Source of the DNA: Candidatus Fraserbacteria bacterium
Lineage (GTDB): Bacteria; Bipolaricaulota; Bipolaricaulia; RBG-16-55-9
Length of the DNA stretch: 16,347 bases
Assembly (NCBI GenBank): GCA_037442925.1
Contig: JBBIPG010000052.1
Location: forward strand, 1 to 16,347
Direction of reading: 5' to 3'
How positions within the stretch are numbered: position 1 is the stretch's first letter; every line of letters starts with the position of its first letter. A model generated the notes under the pieces. It did not search any database, was not told the origin of the DNA, and worked only from the letters and a program-made list of their open reading frames with translations. Shown here one piece after another: positions 1 through 8,620 of the stretch. A program made the position numbers and the translations under genes.

Positions 1-101
1 TCTGCTGTTTCTATGTGATCACCATGATGCTCAGTAATGTTCCATTCAAGTGCTCCGTGACAAGCTGGACACTCCAGCATCTCTAGTAGATAAGTTTGCA
101 T
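1..101 (-). CDS. 5' part of second integron cassette gene; Trm112-like N-terminal domain, possibly fused to a methyltransferase (runs off the window)
   Basis: ATG at 101 (minus) preceded by GGAGG (107-111), just after the attC core GTTAGGC. Translates MQTYLLEMLECPACHGALEWNITEHHGDHIETA..., matching the Trm112-like pattern LLxxLxCPxCxGxL. Not in the ORF track. Confidence 0.7.
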   Translation of the reverse strand, partial: MQTYLLEMLECPACHGALEWNITEHHGDHIETA

Positions 102-119
102 TTATCCCTCCATGAAGTA

Positions 120-1181
<1,062 letters not shown>

Positions 1182-1191
<10 letters not shown>

Positions 1192-1217
1192 CTATTGATT
1201 ATCTGGTTTCCACATAA
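1182..1217 (-). mobile_element. putative attI site, crossover G/TT at 1192/1191
   Basis: GTTAGCC core at the cassette 5' boundary with no attC-like palindrome upstream. Lies 165 bp beyond the intI stop. Confidence 0.65.
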
Positions 1218-1242
1218 GACTCCTACACTGTTGTCTGTCGGC

Positions 1243-1271
1243 ATAATACGCCCTTGGGGGTGGATTGTCCA
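1243..1271 (-). promoter_or_regulatory. Pc-like cassette promoter
   Basis: Minus strand TGGACA (1271-1266) - 17 bp - TATTAT (1248-1243), pointing into the cassette array. Confidence 0.65.
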
Positions 1272-1318
1272 GTTCTTTGTTTTCATGGCCTTCGCTATCT
1301 CTGGGAATATTCCGGTCA

Positions 1319-1341
1319 TGTTAGATGGTTTCCGTCTAACA
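1319..1341. repeat. inverted repeat TGTTAGA-N9-TCTAACA; its core is an imperfect direct repeat of 1199-1217
   Basis: ttagatggtttccgtctaa (1321-1339) vs ttatctggtttccacataa (1199-1217): 14/19 identical. Confidence 0.7.
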
Positions 1342-1356
1342 CGCAAGGACCATTGC

Positions 1357-1818
1357 TCACAACGCATCGACCGGGCTTTGGACACCTCGACCGTCCCGGT
1401 TCAACACGTGCGTATAGATCATCGTGGTCCGCACGTCTTTGTGACCGAGAAGCTCTTGCACCGTGCGAATATCGTAGCCTGTTTCGATCAAGTGCGTCGC
1501 GAACGAGTGCCGCAGCGTATGACACGTTGCTCGCTTGGTCAGTCCTGCCTTGGTGACCGCTTGCTTGAACGCCTTTTGCCAGCGCCACTCGCGAGAGGCA
1601 TTCGGCAGCATCGTCACTCGATCTTTTCCGCCTTTACCGTCGCGGATGAATCGCTTGATCCAGGCCACGTAGGCCTCTTCAGTGCGGAGGCTGTAATGCC
1701 GCGAACGGATCGCTAGACGCACCTGATCCAGCAGCTTGAGTTTCGGCATGCCGGTGGGCCTAGTATCGTTGACCGTCGGCGGCTGGCCGCTACTTCTTGT
1801 CATCACGGGGCTTTGCAT
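1357..1818 (-). pseudogene. intI: integron integrase with three internal in-frame deletions (open frame, probably catalytically dead)
   Basis: Retains [32 protein letters not shown], the integron-specific [40 protein letters not shown] and SP.D.L. Lacks box I (catalytic Arg). Start is probably 1818 (GGGAG RBS), 1803 or 1749 rather than 1989. Confidence 0.85.
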
Positions 1819-1854
1819 GAAGATGTTCTCCCACAAGTCACGTATTTGCATTAC

Positions 1855-1883
1855 ATTATAGATTTCATTCGCTTCCACGGCAA
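1855..1883 (-). promoter_or_regulatory. putative intI promoter
   Basis: Minus strand TTGCCG (1883-1878) - 17 bp - TATAAT (1860-1855). Confidence 0.6.
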
Positions 1884-1977
1884 GCCCCATCCGCAAGAGA
1901 TGGCTGGCCTCGCGTAGCTTGCTGGACATTGCTCTACTCTTCCTGACTTCGGGTGGTTGACTCCCACGTGATATCTC

Positions 1978-2006
1978 TTGCATTTTCAAGAAAAATCTTG
2001 TAACCT
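1978..2006 (+). promoter_or_regulatory. TA operon promoter with palindromic operator
   Basis: TTGCAT - 17 bp - TAACCT. The spacer contains CAAGA-aaaa-TCTTG (1987-2000). RBS GAGGTG at 2013-2018. Confidence 0.55.
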
Positions 2007-2024
2007 TGCCTTGAGGTGATCTAG

Positions 2025-2246
2025 ATGCGAACTACTGTGACTTCACGGGGTCAGACTGTCGTCCCGGCCAAGATTCGCAAGGACCACCAGATCGTCCCAC
2101 AAACGCAGCTGGAATGGATTGACGATGGCGAGACAATCCGAGTCATTCCGATCCCTTCAGATGTAATTCGCGCTGCCAGGAGTAGCTCGAAAGGGCTGCG
2201 CCAGAGGTTGCTGAAAGAAAGGGAATGGGAGCGGCGGCGTGGCTGA
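2025..2246 (+). CDS. vapB: AbrB/MazE/SpoVT-family antitoxin
   Basis: 73 aa, [16 protein letters not shown] motif; overlaps a PIN-domain gene. Confidence 0.85.
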   Translation: MRTTVTSRGQTVVPAKIRKDHQIVPQTQLEWIDDGETIRVIPIPSDVIRAARSSSKGLRQRLLKEREWERRRG

Positions 2247-2667
2247 TCTGTATGTGTTGGATACCTCAGCGATCTTCGCCTTCACAGATGGAGAAGAGGG
2301 AGCTGACCAAGTCGAACGGCTGCTTGACGCAGCCAGCGCAAATACCTGCCGACTTGAACTCTGCTCGATTAGTCTGATGGAGCTCTATTACGTTGCGTTG
2401 AGGGAAGAAGGAGAAGACGAGGCAGCTCGGTTGGTTGCTCTGGTCAAATCTTGGCCTGCGGATTGGGTCTATCCAAATGAGAAGCTACTTTTGCAAGCTG
2501 GCAAATTGAAGGCTTCTTATCGCGTCTCGGTAGCAGATGCCTTGATCGCCGCGGTAGCTAAGTTACATCCAGCGACGCTGATTCACAAAGATCCAGAGAT
2601 GGAAGCCTTAGGGTCGGAAATTCGGTTGCTCAGTCTGCCTTTCAAAACTGAGCCAGAATCGCGATGA
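2239..2667 (+). CDS. vapC: PIN-domain VapC toxin
   Basis: VLDTSA, E-L-YY, S.ADA and L.H.D.E acidic PIN motifs; GTG start. Confidence 0.9.
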   Translation: MADLYVLDTSAIFAFTDGEEGADQVERLLDAASANTCRLELCSISLMELYYVALREEGEDEAARLVALVKSWPADWVYPNEKLLLQAGKLKASYRVSVADALIAAVAKLHPATLIHKDPEMEALGSEIRLLSLPFKTEPESR

Positions 2668-2693
2668 CAGTGCCTTTGAAGAGGGAGCACGCA

Positions 2694-3614
2694 ATGCGCA
2701 TCGTCTCACTTCTTCCGAGCGCCACCGAGATCGTCTGTGAACTGGGCTTGATCGATGAGCTTATGGGGATCTCGCACGATTGCGATTGGCCTCCAGAAGT
2801 TCAAAAAAAGCCCGTTCTCAGTCGAGCTGCCATCACTCAGGATATGTCCAGCGCCGAGATCGACCGCATGGTCCGACAGCTGGTTCACAGTGGGCTGAGC
2901 GTCTATCACTTGGATGTTGAGCGGCTTCGAGAACTTCAACCGAACCTAATCTTAACTCAGGAACTTTGCGAGGTCTGCGCTCCTTCATTCAGCGAAGTAA
3001 CGAAGGCCGCAAAGATTCTCGATGTCGAGCCAAAGATCATCTCTCTTGAGCCCACGCGGTTGAATGAGATTCTTGAGAACATCAAGCTAGTTGGGCAGCT
3101 CACGCATCGCGAAAAGCAAGCACAGAAACTTATCACCAAACTGCGCAAGCGTATCGAGAGAGTGAGGCAAAGAACTGAAGATTTGGAAGATCGTCCTCGG
3201 GTAGCTGCACTGGAATGGCTTGATCCTCTCTTCATCGCGGGTCACTGGGTGCCCGAGATGATTGAACTAGCCGGAGGAGAATCACTCAGTGAAGCCGGGG
3301 AGCCCTCGTATGAGATCGGCTGGGAGGACATCGTGCGTTTCGACCCCGATATTCTTGTTCTGATGCCTTGTGGCTTCACACCGGAGCACACGACGCAGGA
3401 GCTGGATCTTCTCGTTTCCTACGAGGGCTGGGAAGAGCTTCGTGCCGTAAAGAACGGGCAAGTTTACATTGTGCATGGCTCGTACTATTTCAACCGTCCG
3501 GGGCCACGAATTGTGGTAGGACTGGAGATTCTCGCAAAGCTCACTCATCCGGAGGCCTTTCGTGATTTGGAACTTCCCCAAGGTTCCGTGTACCCTGTGA
3601 GCGTCTCACTATGA
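2694..3614 (+). CDS. BtuF-like cobalamin/Fe-siderophore-binding family protein, no signal peptide
   Basis: MRIVSLLPSATE, SHDCDWP, TQ.LC.VCA, GHWVPEMI and FNRPGPR motifs. RBS GAGGGAG supports the ATG at 2694. Confidence 0.85.
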   Translation: MRIVSLLPSATEIVCELGLIDELMGISHDCDWPPEVQKKPVLSRAAITQDMSSAEIDRMVRQLVHSGLSVYHLDVERLRELQPNLILTQELCEVCAPSFSEVTKAAKILDVEPKIISLEPTRLNEILENIKLVGQLTHREKQAQKLITKLRKRIERVRQRTEDLEDRPRVAALEWLDPLFIAGHWVPEMIELAGGESLSEAGEPSYEIGWEDIVRFDPDILVLMPCGFTPEHTTQELDLLVSYEGWEELRAVKNGQVYIVHGSYYFNRPGPRIVVGLEILAKLTHPEAFRDLELPQGSVYPVSVSL

Positions 3615-4159
3615 GAATCTACACGCGCACGGGGGACAAGGGCGAGACGGGACTCTTTGGCGGGAAGCGCGTGAGCAAGGCATCTGCGCGCATCGAAGCC
3701 TACGGGACAGTCGATGAGTTGAACGCAACTCTAGGCATGGCAGCCAGCCAAGTCGCCTCTTCTGAGATGAGAAAGATGATAGAGCGTCTACAGAACGAGC
3801 TACATATTGTCTGTGCGGATCTGGCCAATCCCGATTTGAAGGGCCAAAGTCCACGCATCACAGCTGGCCATGTGGCCGGGTTAGAGACACTCTGCGATCA
3901 ACTCGATGAAACACTGCCGTTGCTCAAAAGATTCATTCTGCCGGGAGGGTCGTTTGCCGGCGCCTTGCTGCACTATGCTCGTACTGTCGCCCGCCGCTGC
4001 GAGCGCTGTATCGTAGAGCTAAGCAGACACGATGAGATCAACCCGGAAGTGCTGAAGTACTTGAATCGTCTGTCGGACTTGCTTTTCCTGATGGCACGCG
4101 CCATCAACCAAGAGGCAGGCGTTGCGGAGATTCACCCGGACTATTCCCAGGGAGCGTGA
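3611..4159 (+). CDS. pduO: PduO-type cob(I)alamin adenosyltransferase
   Basis: IYTRTGDKGETGL, AYGTVDELN, FILPGG, RRCER and YLNRLSDLLF motifs; ATGA overlap with the upstream gene. Confidence 0.95.
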   Translation: MRIYTRTGDKGETGLFGGKRVSKASARIEAYGTVDELNATLGMAASQVASSEMRKMIERLQNELHIVCADLANPDLKGQSPRITAGHVAGLETLCDQLDETLPLLKRFILPGGSFAGALLHYARTVARRCERCIVELSRHDEINPEVLKYLNRLSDLLFLMARAINQEAGVAEIHPDYSQGA

Positions 4160-4162
4160 AGA

Positions 4163-4651
4163 ATGTCCCGAGCGATCTACCCCGGCAGCTTCGACCCCAT
4201 CACCTATGGACACATCGATGTCGTGCAACGGGCCAAGAAGATCTTTGATGAACTGATTGTCGCTGTGGTCACCAATCCCATCAAGCAGACATTCTTCACT
4301 CTGATAGAACGACGCGAACTGTGCGAGCAGGCACTGCGGGCTGAGCGCATCCATGGCGTAGAGGTGATCACATGGGATGGGCTTGTGATCGAGTGTGCCC
4401 AGCACTTCCACGCTCAAGCGATCGTCCGGGGGCTTCGCGCCAACTCGGACTTCGAGCGCGAGTTCCAGATGGCGCTCACCAACCGCGATCTCAACGGGGA
4501 TGTCGAAAGCGTCTTCTTCATGACCAGCGGTGAGTACTCCTTCTTGAGCTCCAGCATGGTCAAGGAGATCAAGCTCTTCGGCGGAGACGTCTCGCGCTTC
4601 GTCCCCTCTGTCGTTGAAAAAGCCCTGGAGCGCAAGCTCCGTAAAACTTGA
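4163..4651 (+). CDS. coaD: pantetheine-phosphate adenylyltransferase
   Basis: YPGSFDPITYGH, RGLR..SDFE.E and SSS.VKE motifs. Confidence 0.97.
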   Translation: MSRAIYPGSFDPITYGHIDVVQRAKKIFDELIVAVVTNPIKQTFFTLIERRELCEQALRAERIHGVEVITWDGLVIECAQHFHAQAIVRGLRANSDFEREFQMALTNRDLNGDVESVFFMTSGEYSFLSSSMVKEIKLFGGDVSRFVPSVVEKALERKLRKT

Positions 4652-4675
4652 CAATTTCAGTCCGCTTTTTATCAT
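4648..4675 (+). promoter_or_regulatory. sigma70-type promoter of the rhodanese-sufU unit
   Basis: TTGACA (4648-4653) - 16 bp - TATCAT (4670-4675). Confidence 0.55.
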
Positions 4676-4721
4676 AGCAATCAACGCCACAACTCATCTC
4701 GCTGTAGAAAGGGGTTGACGT

Positions 4722-5570
4722 ATGGCCGAGAAGAGTTATGCAAATCCCGACGTATTGGTGGACACGCAGTGGGTTGCCGAGCACTTGAATGATCCGACGA
4801 TTCGCATTGCGGAGTCCGATGAGGATTATCTGCTCTACGAGCAGGGGCATATCCCCGGTGCCGTGAAAGTCGACTGGTTCACCATCCTACAAGATCCACT
4901 GAGAAGAGACTTCATTGATAAAAGAGGCTTTGAGAAGCTGATGAGTGATCTGGGCATCGCGAACGACACGACCGTCGTCTTTTACGGCGACAAGAGCAAC
5001 TGGTTTGCTTGTTATTCACTCTGGCTTTTCCAGCTCTACGGTCACACGAAGACCAAGATCATGGACGGAGGACGTGCCAAGTGGATTGCCGAAAAGAGAC
5101 CGCTCACCAAAGACGTTCCCGAATATCCCAAGACCCAGTATGCAGCAAAAGATCCCGATCTGAGCATCCGAGCATTTCGCAATGACGTCTTCCAGCACCT
5201 AGACAAGAAGTTGCCTCTGGTCGATGTCCGTTCGCCTCAGGAGTATCGAGGGGAGCTCCTGCACATGCCGGGGTATCCGCAAGAGGGCGCGATGCGCGGC
5301 GGCCACATCCCCGGTGCCAAGAGCATCCCATGGTCTCAAGCGGTACGAGAAGACCAGACGTTCAAACCAGCAGAAGAACTGAAAAAACTCTACGAGAGCC
5401 AAGGAATTACTCCGGACAAAGAGATCATTGCTTACTGCCGAATCGGCGAGCGATCCAGCCACACGTGGTTCGTTCTCAAATATCTACTAGGTTACCCCAA
5501 AGTAAGAAACTACGACGGCAGCTGGACAGAATGGGGCAACCTTGTGGGGGCGCCCATCGAGAAGCCGTAA
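4722..5570 (+). CDS. sseA: tandem-domain rhodanese / thiosulfate sulfurtransferase (SseA/CysA-like)
   Basis: GHIPGA twice, active-site YCRIGER, C-terminal YDGSWTEW. Confidence 0.9.
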   Translation: MAEKSYANPDVLVDTQWVAEHLNDPTIRIAESDEDYLLYEQGHIPGAVKVDWFTILQDPLRRDFIDKRGFEKLMSDLGIANDTTVVFYGDKSNWFACYSLWLFQLYGHTKTKIMDGGRAKWIAEKRPLTKDVPEYPKTQYAAKDPDLSIRAFRNDVFQHLDKKLPLVDVRSPQEYRGELLHMPGYPQEGAMRGGHIPGAKSIPWSQAVREDQTFKPAEELKKLYESQGITPDKEIIAYCRIGERSSHTWFVLKYLLGYPKVRNYDGSWTEWGNLVGAPIEKP

Positions 5571-5572
5571 TC

Positions 5573-5974
5573 ATGCTGGATCGGCAAGCGCAGATTGAGC
5601 TTCTGCTGGATCGCTATGAGAACCCGCGCTATAAGGGAAAGCTTAAGGGCGCGGACGTCGCCATGGAGGGAGGCAACCCCGGTTGCGGAGATATCATTCA
5701 TCTCTATTTGAAATTCGACGACGATCGGCTTGAAAAAGCCTCGTTTGAGGGGCAGGGGTGCACGATCAGCCAGGCGTCCACTGATATTTTGGCTGAGATG
5801 GTCGAGGGCAAGACCATAGTAGAACTGGAAGCGTTTACTCACGAGCAGCTCACGGAGATTCTGGGAAAAGAGATCGTGCAGAATCGAACGCGCTGTGCCA
5901 TGCTTTCTCTCGACACCCTGAAGCTGGCCTTGCGCAAGTATCGAGAGCAGCAGATACTCGAAGCGCAGGCGTAG
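5573..5974 (+). CDS. sufU: SufU/IscU (NifU N-terminal) family scaffold or sulfur-transfer protein
   Basis: Y.NPR, NPGCGD, GCTISQAS and R..CA motifs. ATG lies 2 nt after the rhodanese stop; the ORF-track start at 5330 is an over-extension. Confidence 0.88.
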   Translation: MLDRQAQIELLLDRYENPRYKGKLKGADVAMEGGNPGCGDIIHLYLKFDDDRLEKASFEGQGCTISQASTDILAEMVEGKTIVELEAFTHEQLTEILGKEIVQNRTRCAMLSLDTLKLALRKYREQQILEAQA

Positions 5975-5976
5975 CT

Positions 5977-6537
5977 TTATGGTATAGGCTGATGGTGTCC
6001 TCTCCAAAGCACGACTTCGTTGGTGGGAAGAGGAGCGGTCTGTGCCCCGACATTGAAGCCGAGAGTAGCACCGGCGCTACTCGCAAAGGGGATCACTCCG
6101 AGGAACATGGCAATGTTAACCGACTCCGGTAATCCGTCGGCTGCACCGGCGATGAGCGCCGCGAATCCTATGGCCGCTACCTCGCCCCCGATCGCTCCAA
6201 GAGCGCTCAAGAGCACGTTGCCATGGACACCGGAGAGCAAGCCAGCAATGTTTACCCCCACCGTCGAGCCCACCGGAACGCCAATGAGGTAGCCTAAGGC
6301 GGCGAAACCAATGCAGGCCAAGCCTTCCCAGCCCTCGGCTTGGGCAAGACACGCCACGGATGCCAGATAAGCTCCAGCCAGTCCGAAGCCTGCGCCGCCG
6401 ACGGTTCCGGCGATCAGCTCCAAGGGGACTGCCGACTGTGGGTCCACTATGTCAGAGTCTTGCGCCTGGACAGGGATGGTACTTACGAGCAAGATGAAAA
6501 GTGTACACCATAGACTCGTACGAAGGGGTACGCTCAT
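5977..6537 (-). CDS. hypothetical membrane protein with signal peptide and Gly-rich helices
   Basis: N-terminal hydrophobic stretch ending in VQA; several GxxxG-rich hydrophobic segments; ATGA overlap with the DsbA-like gene. Confidence 0.7.
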   Translation of the reverse strand: MSVPLRTSLWCTLFILLVSTIPVQAQDSDIVDPQSAVPLELIAGTVGGAGFGLAGAYLASVACLAQAEGWEGLACIGFAALGYLIGVPVGSTVGVNIAGLLSGVHGNVLLSALGAIGGEVAAIGFAALIAGAADGLPESVNIAMFLGVIPFASSAGATLGFNVGAQTAPLPTNEVVLWRGHHQPIP

Positions 6538-7286
6538 GGCGCTGATTTCTTGAGCTCCTGATCAATGGCCTCCCGGAGGTTGGTGTAGGGCCACCACCGC
6601 TCGACTTTCTTCTTGTTCACGAAGATCGCCGGAGTGCCCGTCACACCGGCTGCAATGCCTATCCTGTAGTCCTCTTCGACATCCTTCAAATACTGCTGGC
6701 TGGTGATGCACTGATCGAGTGCTGGCACGTTTACATCGGCGAACTGCTGGACGCGCTCTTGGACCAGATTGAGGATGAATTCCCGTGTGGCCCATTGTTG
6801 GCTCTCGGGACCCTGTCTTTCGAAGATGGCCCGATGATAAGCCCAGAACGCGGCCTCGTTCTGACGATAGATGCACTCGCCTGCGATGCCTGCTGTGGTC
6901 GAATCCGGGCCGATGAACTGGAAGTTGAGGAAGAAGAACTCGACTTGGCCGGTGTCAATGTAATCCTGCTTGAGGTAGGGGAAGCCCTGCTCTTCAAACG
7001 CTTTGCAAGCTGGGCACTTGAAGTCCTCGAAGACGACAACTTTGACGGGAGCATCTGGTTCGCCCAAGGAGGGTTGACGGTCATAGTGAAAGTCAACGGA
7101 CTCCGGGTTGCGGCTGACTGTTGTCGGTCGGTTGCCGAGCATGAGATAGGCGACGACGATGGCGACGATGATGATGACCGCAATGGCCGTATACGTTGTG
7201 ATTCGTTTCTGTTGTTGTTCATGCTTCTGCTTGGGAGTCATCTCTGTCGCGGGATGGGTCTCTTTGCGCTTCTTGGCTTCAGGCAC
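6534..7286 (-). CDS. membrane-anchored DsbA/BdbD-family thiol-disulfide oxidoreductase
   Basis: N-terminal TM helix, G..DAPV.V..F.DFKCPAC and GVTGTPA cis-Pro loop; GTG start with GGAGG RBS. Confidence 0.92.
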   Translation of the reverse strand: MPEAKKRKETHPATEMTPKQKHEQQQKRITTYTAIAVIIIVAIVVAYLMLGNRPTTVSRNPESVDFHYDRQPSLGEPDAPVKVVVFEDFKCPACKAFEEQGFPYLKQDYIDTGQVEFFFLNFQFIGPDSTTAGIAGECIYRQNEAAFWAYHRAIFERQGPESQQWATREFILNLVQERVQQFADVNVPALDQCITSQQYLKDVEEDYRIGIAAGVTGTPAIFVNKKKVERWWPYTNLREAIDQELKKSAP

Positions 7287-7472
7287 GATTCTTAGCCTCC
7301 TATTACTGCTTTCCGTGAATTCTCGCTTGAATGTGTGATCAAATTATATCTTTTCCATAGGGCGTGCTCCAGAATGGTCATCACCCCCTTGACACGGGTG
7401 GCCATACACAGTTAGGAATTATATGAGAGAATTCGTGAAGGAAACAGTAAAGGGCGACAAGAAGGGAGCACC

Positions 7473-7880
7473 ATGAGCAAGGAAAGCAAAAAGACAATGA
7501 ACGAGCAGGAGTGGAAAAAGAAGCTCACACCTGCGCAGTATCATATCCTGCGGGAGAAGGGCACCGAAGCACCGTTCACAAGTCCGTTGCTGCACACGAA
7601 AGAGAAAGGAATTTTCGCCTGTGTTGCCTGTGGCAACCAGCTTTTTAGTTCTGACGCCAAATTTGATTCCGGCTCGGGATGGCCGAGTTTTGACCAGGTG
7701 CTTCCCGGTGCGGTGGAGTTTCATGATGATGATTCCCACGGCATGTACCGAATAGAAGTAACTTGTTCTCAGTGTGACAGCCATCTGGGACACGTGTTTG
7801 ACGATGGGCCAAGAGAGACCACTGGCAAACGGTATTGCATCAATGGGGTGTGCCTCGTGATGCAGAAAAAAGCTTCTTAG
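7473..7880 (+). CDS. msrB: peptide-methionine (R)-S-oxide reductase
   Basis: KGTE.PF, two CxxC, SGSGWPSF, HLGHVF.DGP and RYCIN motifs. Confidence 0.97.
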   Translation: MSKESKKTMNEQEWKKKLTPAQYHILREKGTEAPFTSPLLHTKEKGIFACVACGNQLFSSDAKFDSGSGWPSFDQVLPGAVEFHDDDSHGMYRIEVTCSQCDSHLGHVFDDGPRETTGKRYCINGVCLVMQKKAS

Positions 7881-7901
7881 GGGTTCAGGGTATTAGGGAT
7901 C

Positions 7902-7990
7902 TGGTGCCGAGGGAGGGAGTTGAACCCACACGGGGGGTGAACCCCACGGGATTTTGAGTCCCGCGCGTCTGCCGGTTCCGCCACCTCGGC
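7902..7990 (-). tRNA. tRNA-Leu (CAA), long variable arm, encoded CCA
   Basis: GCCGAGG/CCTCGGC acceptor stem, anticodon arm CGGGA-CTCAAAA-TCCCG, GGTTCAACT T-loop, 3' ACCA. Confidence 0.95.
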
Positions 7991-8010
7991 CTGCGACTTC
8001 AACTGCACCG

Positions 8011-8039
8011 ATTATAGCTTTCCCAGCCCTCTTCGTCAA
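8011..8039 (-). promoter_or_regulatory. tRNA-Leu promoter
   Basis: Minus strand TTGACG - 17 bp - TATAAT, 20 bp upstream of the tRNA. Confidence 0.8.
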
Positions 8040-8140
8040 AACGCTCGAATTGCTTTTTGGGGCCAACCGGATTACTATGACGCAACACGAGCCAGTTCTA
8101 GGAGGGTATTCCCTCCCATCAAGGGAGATGCCTGTCAGAA

Positions 8141-8620
8141 ATGTCGGAAGATGAGTTACAATTACAGCTGAAAGCTCGGGCGGAATTGGCACGGCTTGCC
8201 TATGGTGAGCAGATCCTCCAGTGCACAAACCGCGATCCTGACGAGATGGTCGGGTTCTTGATGCTGGACGGAGAAGTGGAGAAAGCACGCCTATGGAGAG
8301 CCGTGGCTGTCGCCAAGCGCGAAGGTTCCGCGGATTACATCCGGGGGATGGTGGCCTACATGATCAGCCACGAAGTCGGAGAACGCAATCGTCAGAAGCA
8401 GCAGGACCTCATGCGGCGCATCGAGCGCGGTGAGGTCCATTTGAAGGATCTTACGTTCGAGCAATTGGCAGGCACCCGGCTCCGCTGGAAACACATCTTC
8501 CAATTGGTGGGCAAGGAGTTCAATCCCACACGTGAGAAGCAGTTGATTAAAGAGATCTATGAACGGCTGAAGAAAGAAGAGGAGTTGTCCCCAGACCATG
8601 AGTCCTACACAAGACAATAA
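8141..8620 (+). CDS. hypothetical helical protein, possibly a highly divergent ECF-sigma-like factor
   Basis: 159 aa, charged and helical-looking; overlaps a ZAS-motif membrane gene. Function is inferred only. Confidence 0.6.
   Translation: MSEDELQLQLKARAELARLAYGEQILQCTNRDPDEMVGFLMLDGEVEKARLWRAVAVAKREGSADYIRGMVAYMISHEVGERNRQKQQDLMRRIERGEVHLKDLTFEQLAGTRLRWKHIFQLVGKEFNPTREKQLIKEIYERLKKEEELSPDHESYTRQ

Noticed and set aside
1195..1716. 173-aa + strand ORF antisense to intI
   Set aside because: Shadow frame of the conserved integrase codons; no RBS or recognisable motif.
1800..1900. LexA/SOS box at the intI promoter
   Set aside because: No CTGT-N8-ACAG or GAAC-N4-GTTC match found; a lineage-specific box cannot be excluded.
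1819..1989. N-terminal extension of intI in the ORF track (TTG start at 1989)
   Set aside because: No IntI-like sequence, and it contains the likely intI promoter and part of the TA promoter; a later ATG has an RBS.
2640..2694. Cobalamin riboswitch before btuF-pduO
   Set aside because: Only 26 bp of intergenic space and no B12-box motif.
7880..7902. tRNA-Leu 3' end as an integration site of an island
   Set aside because: No duplicated tRNA 3' fragment seen in the window, and the flanking genes are housekeeping.
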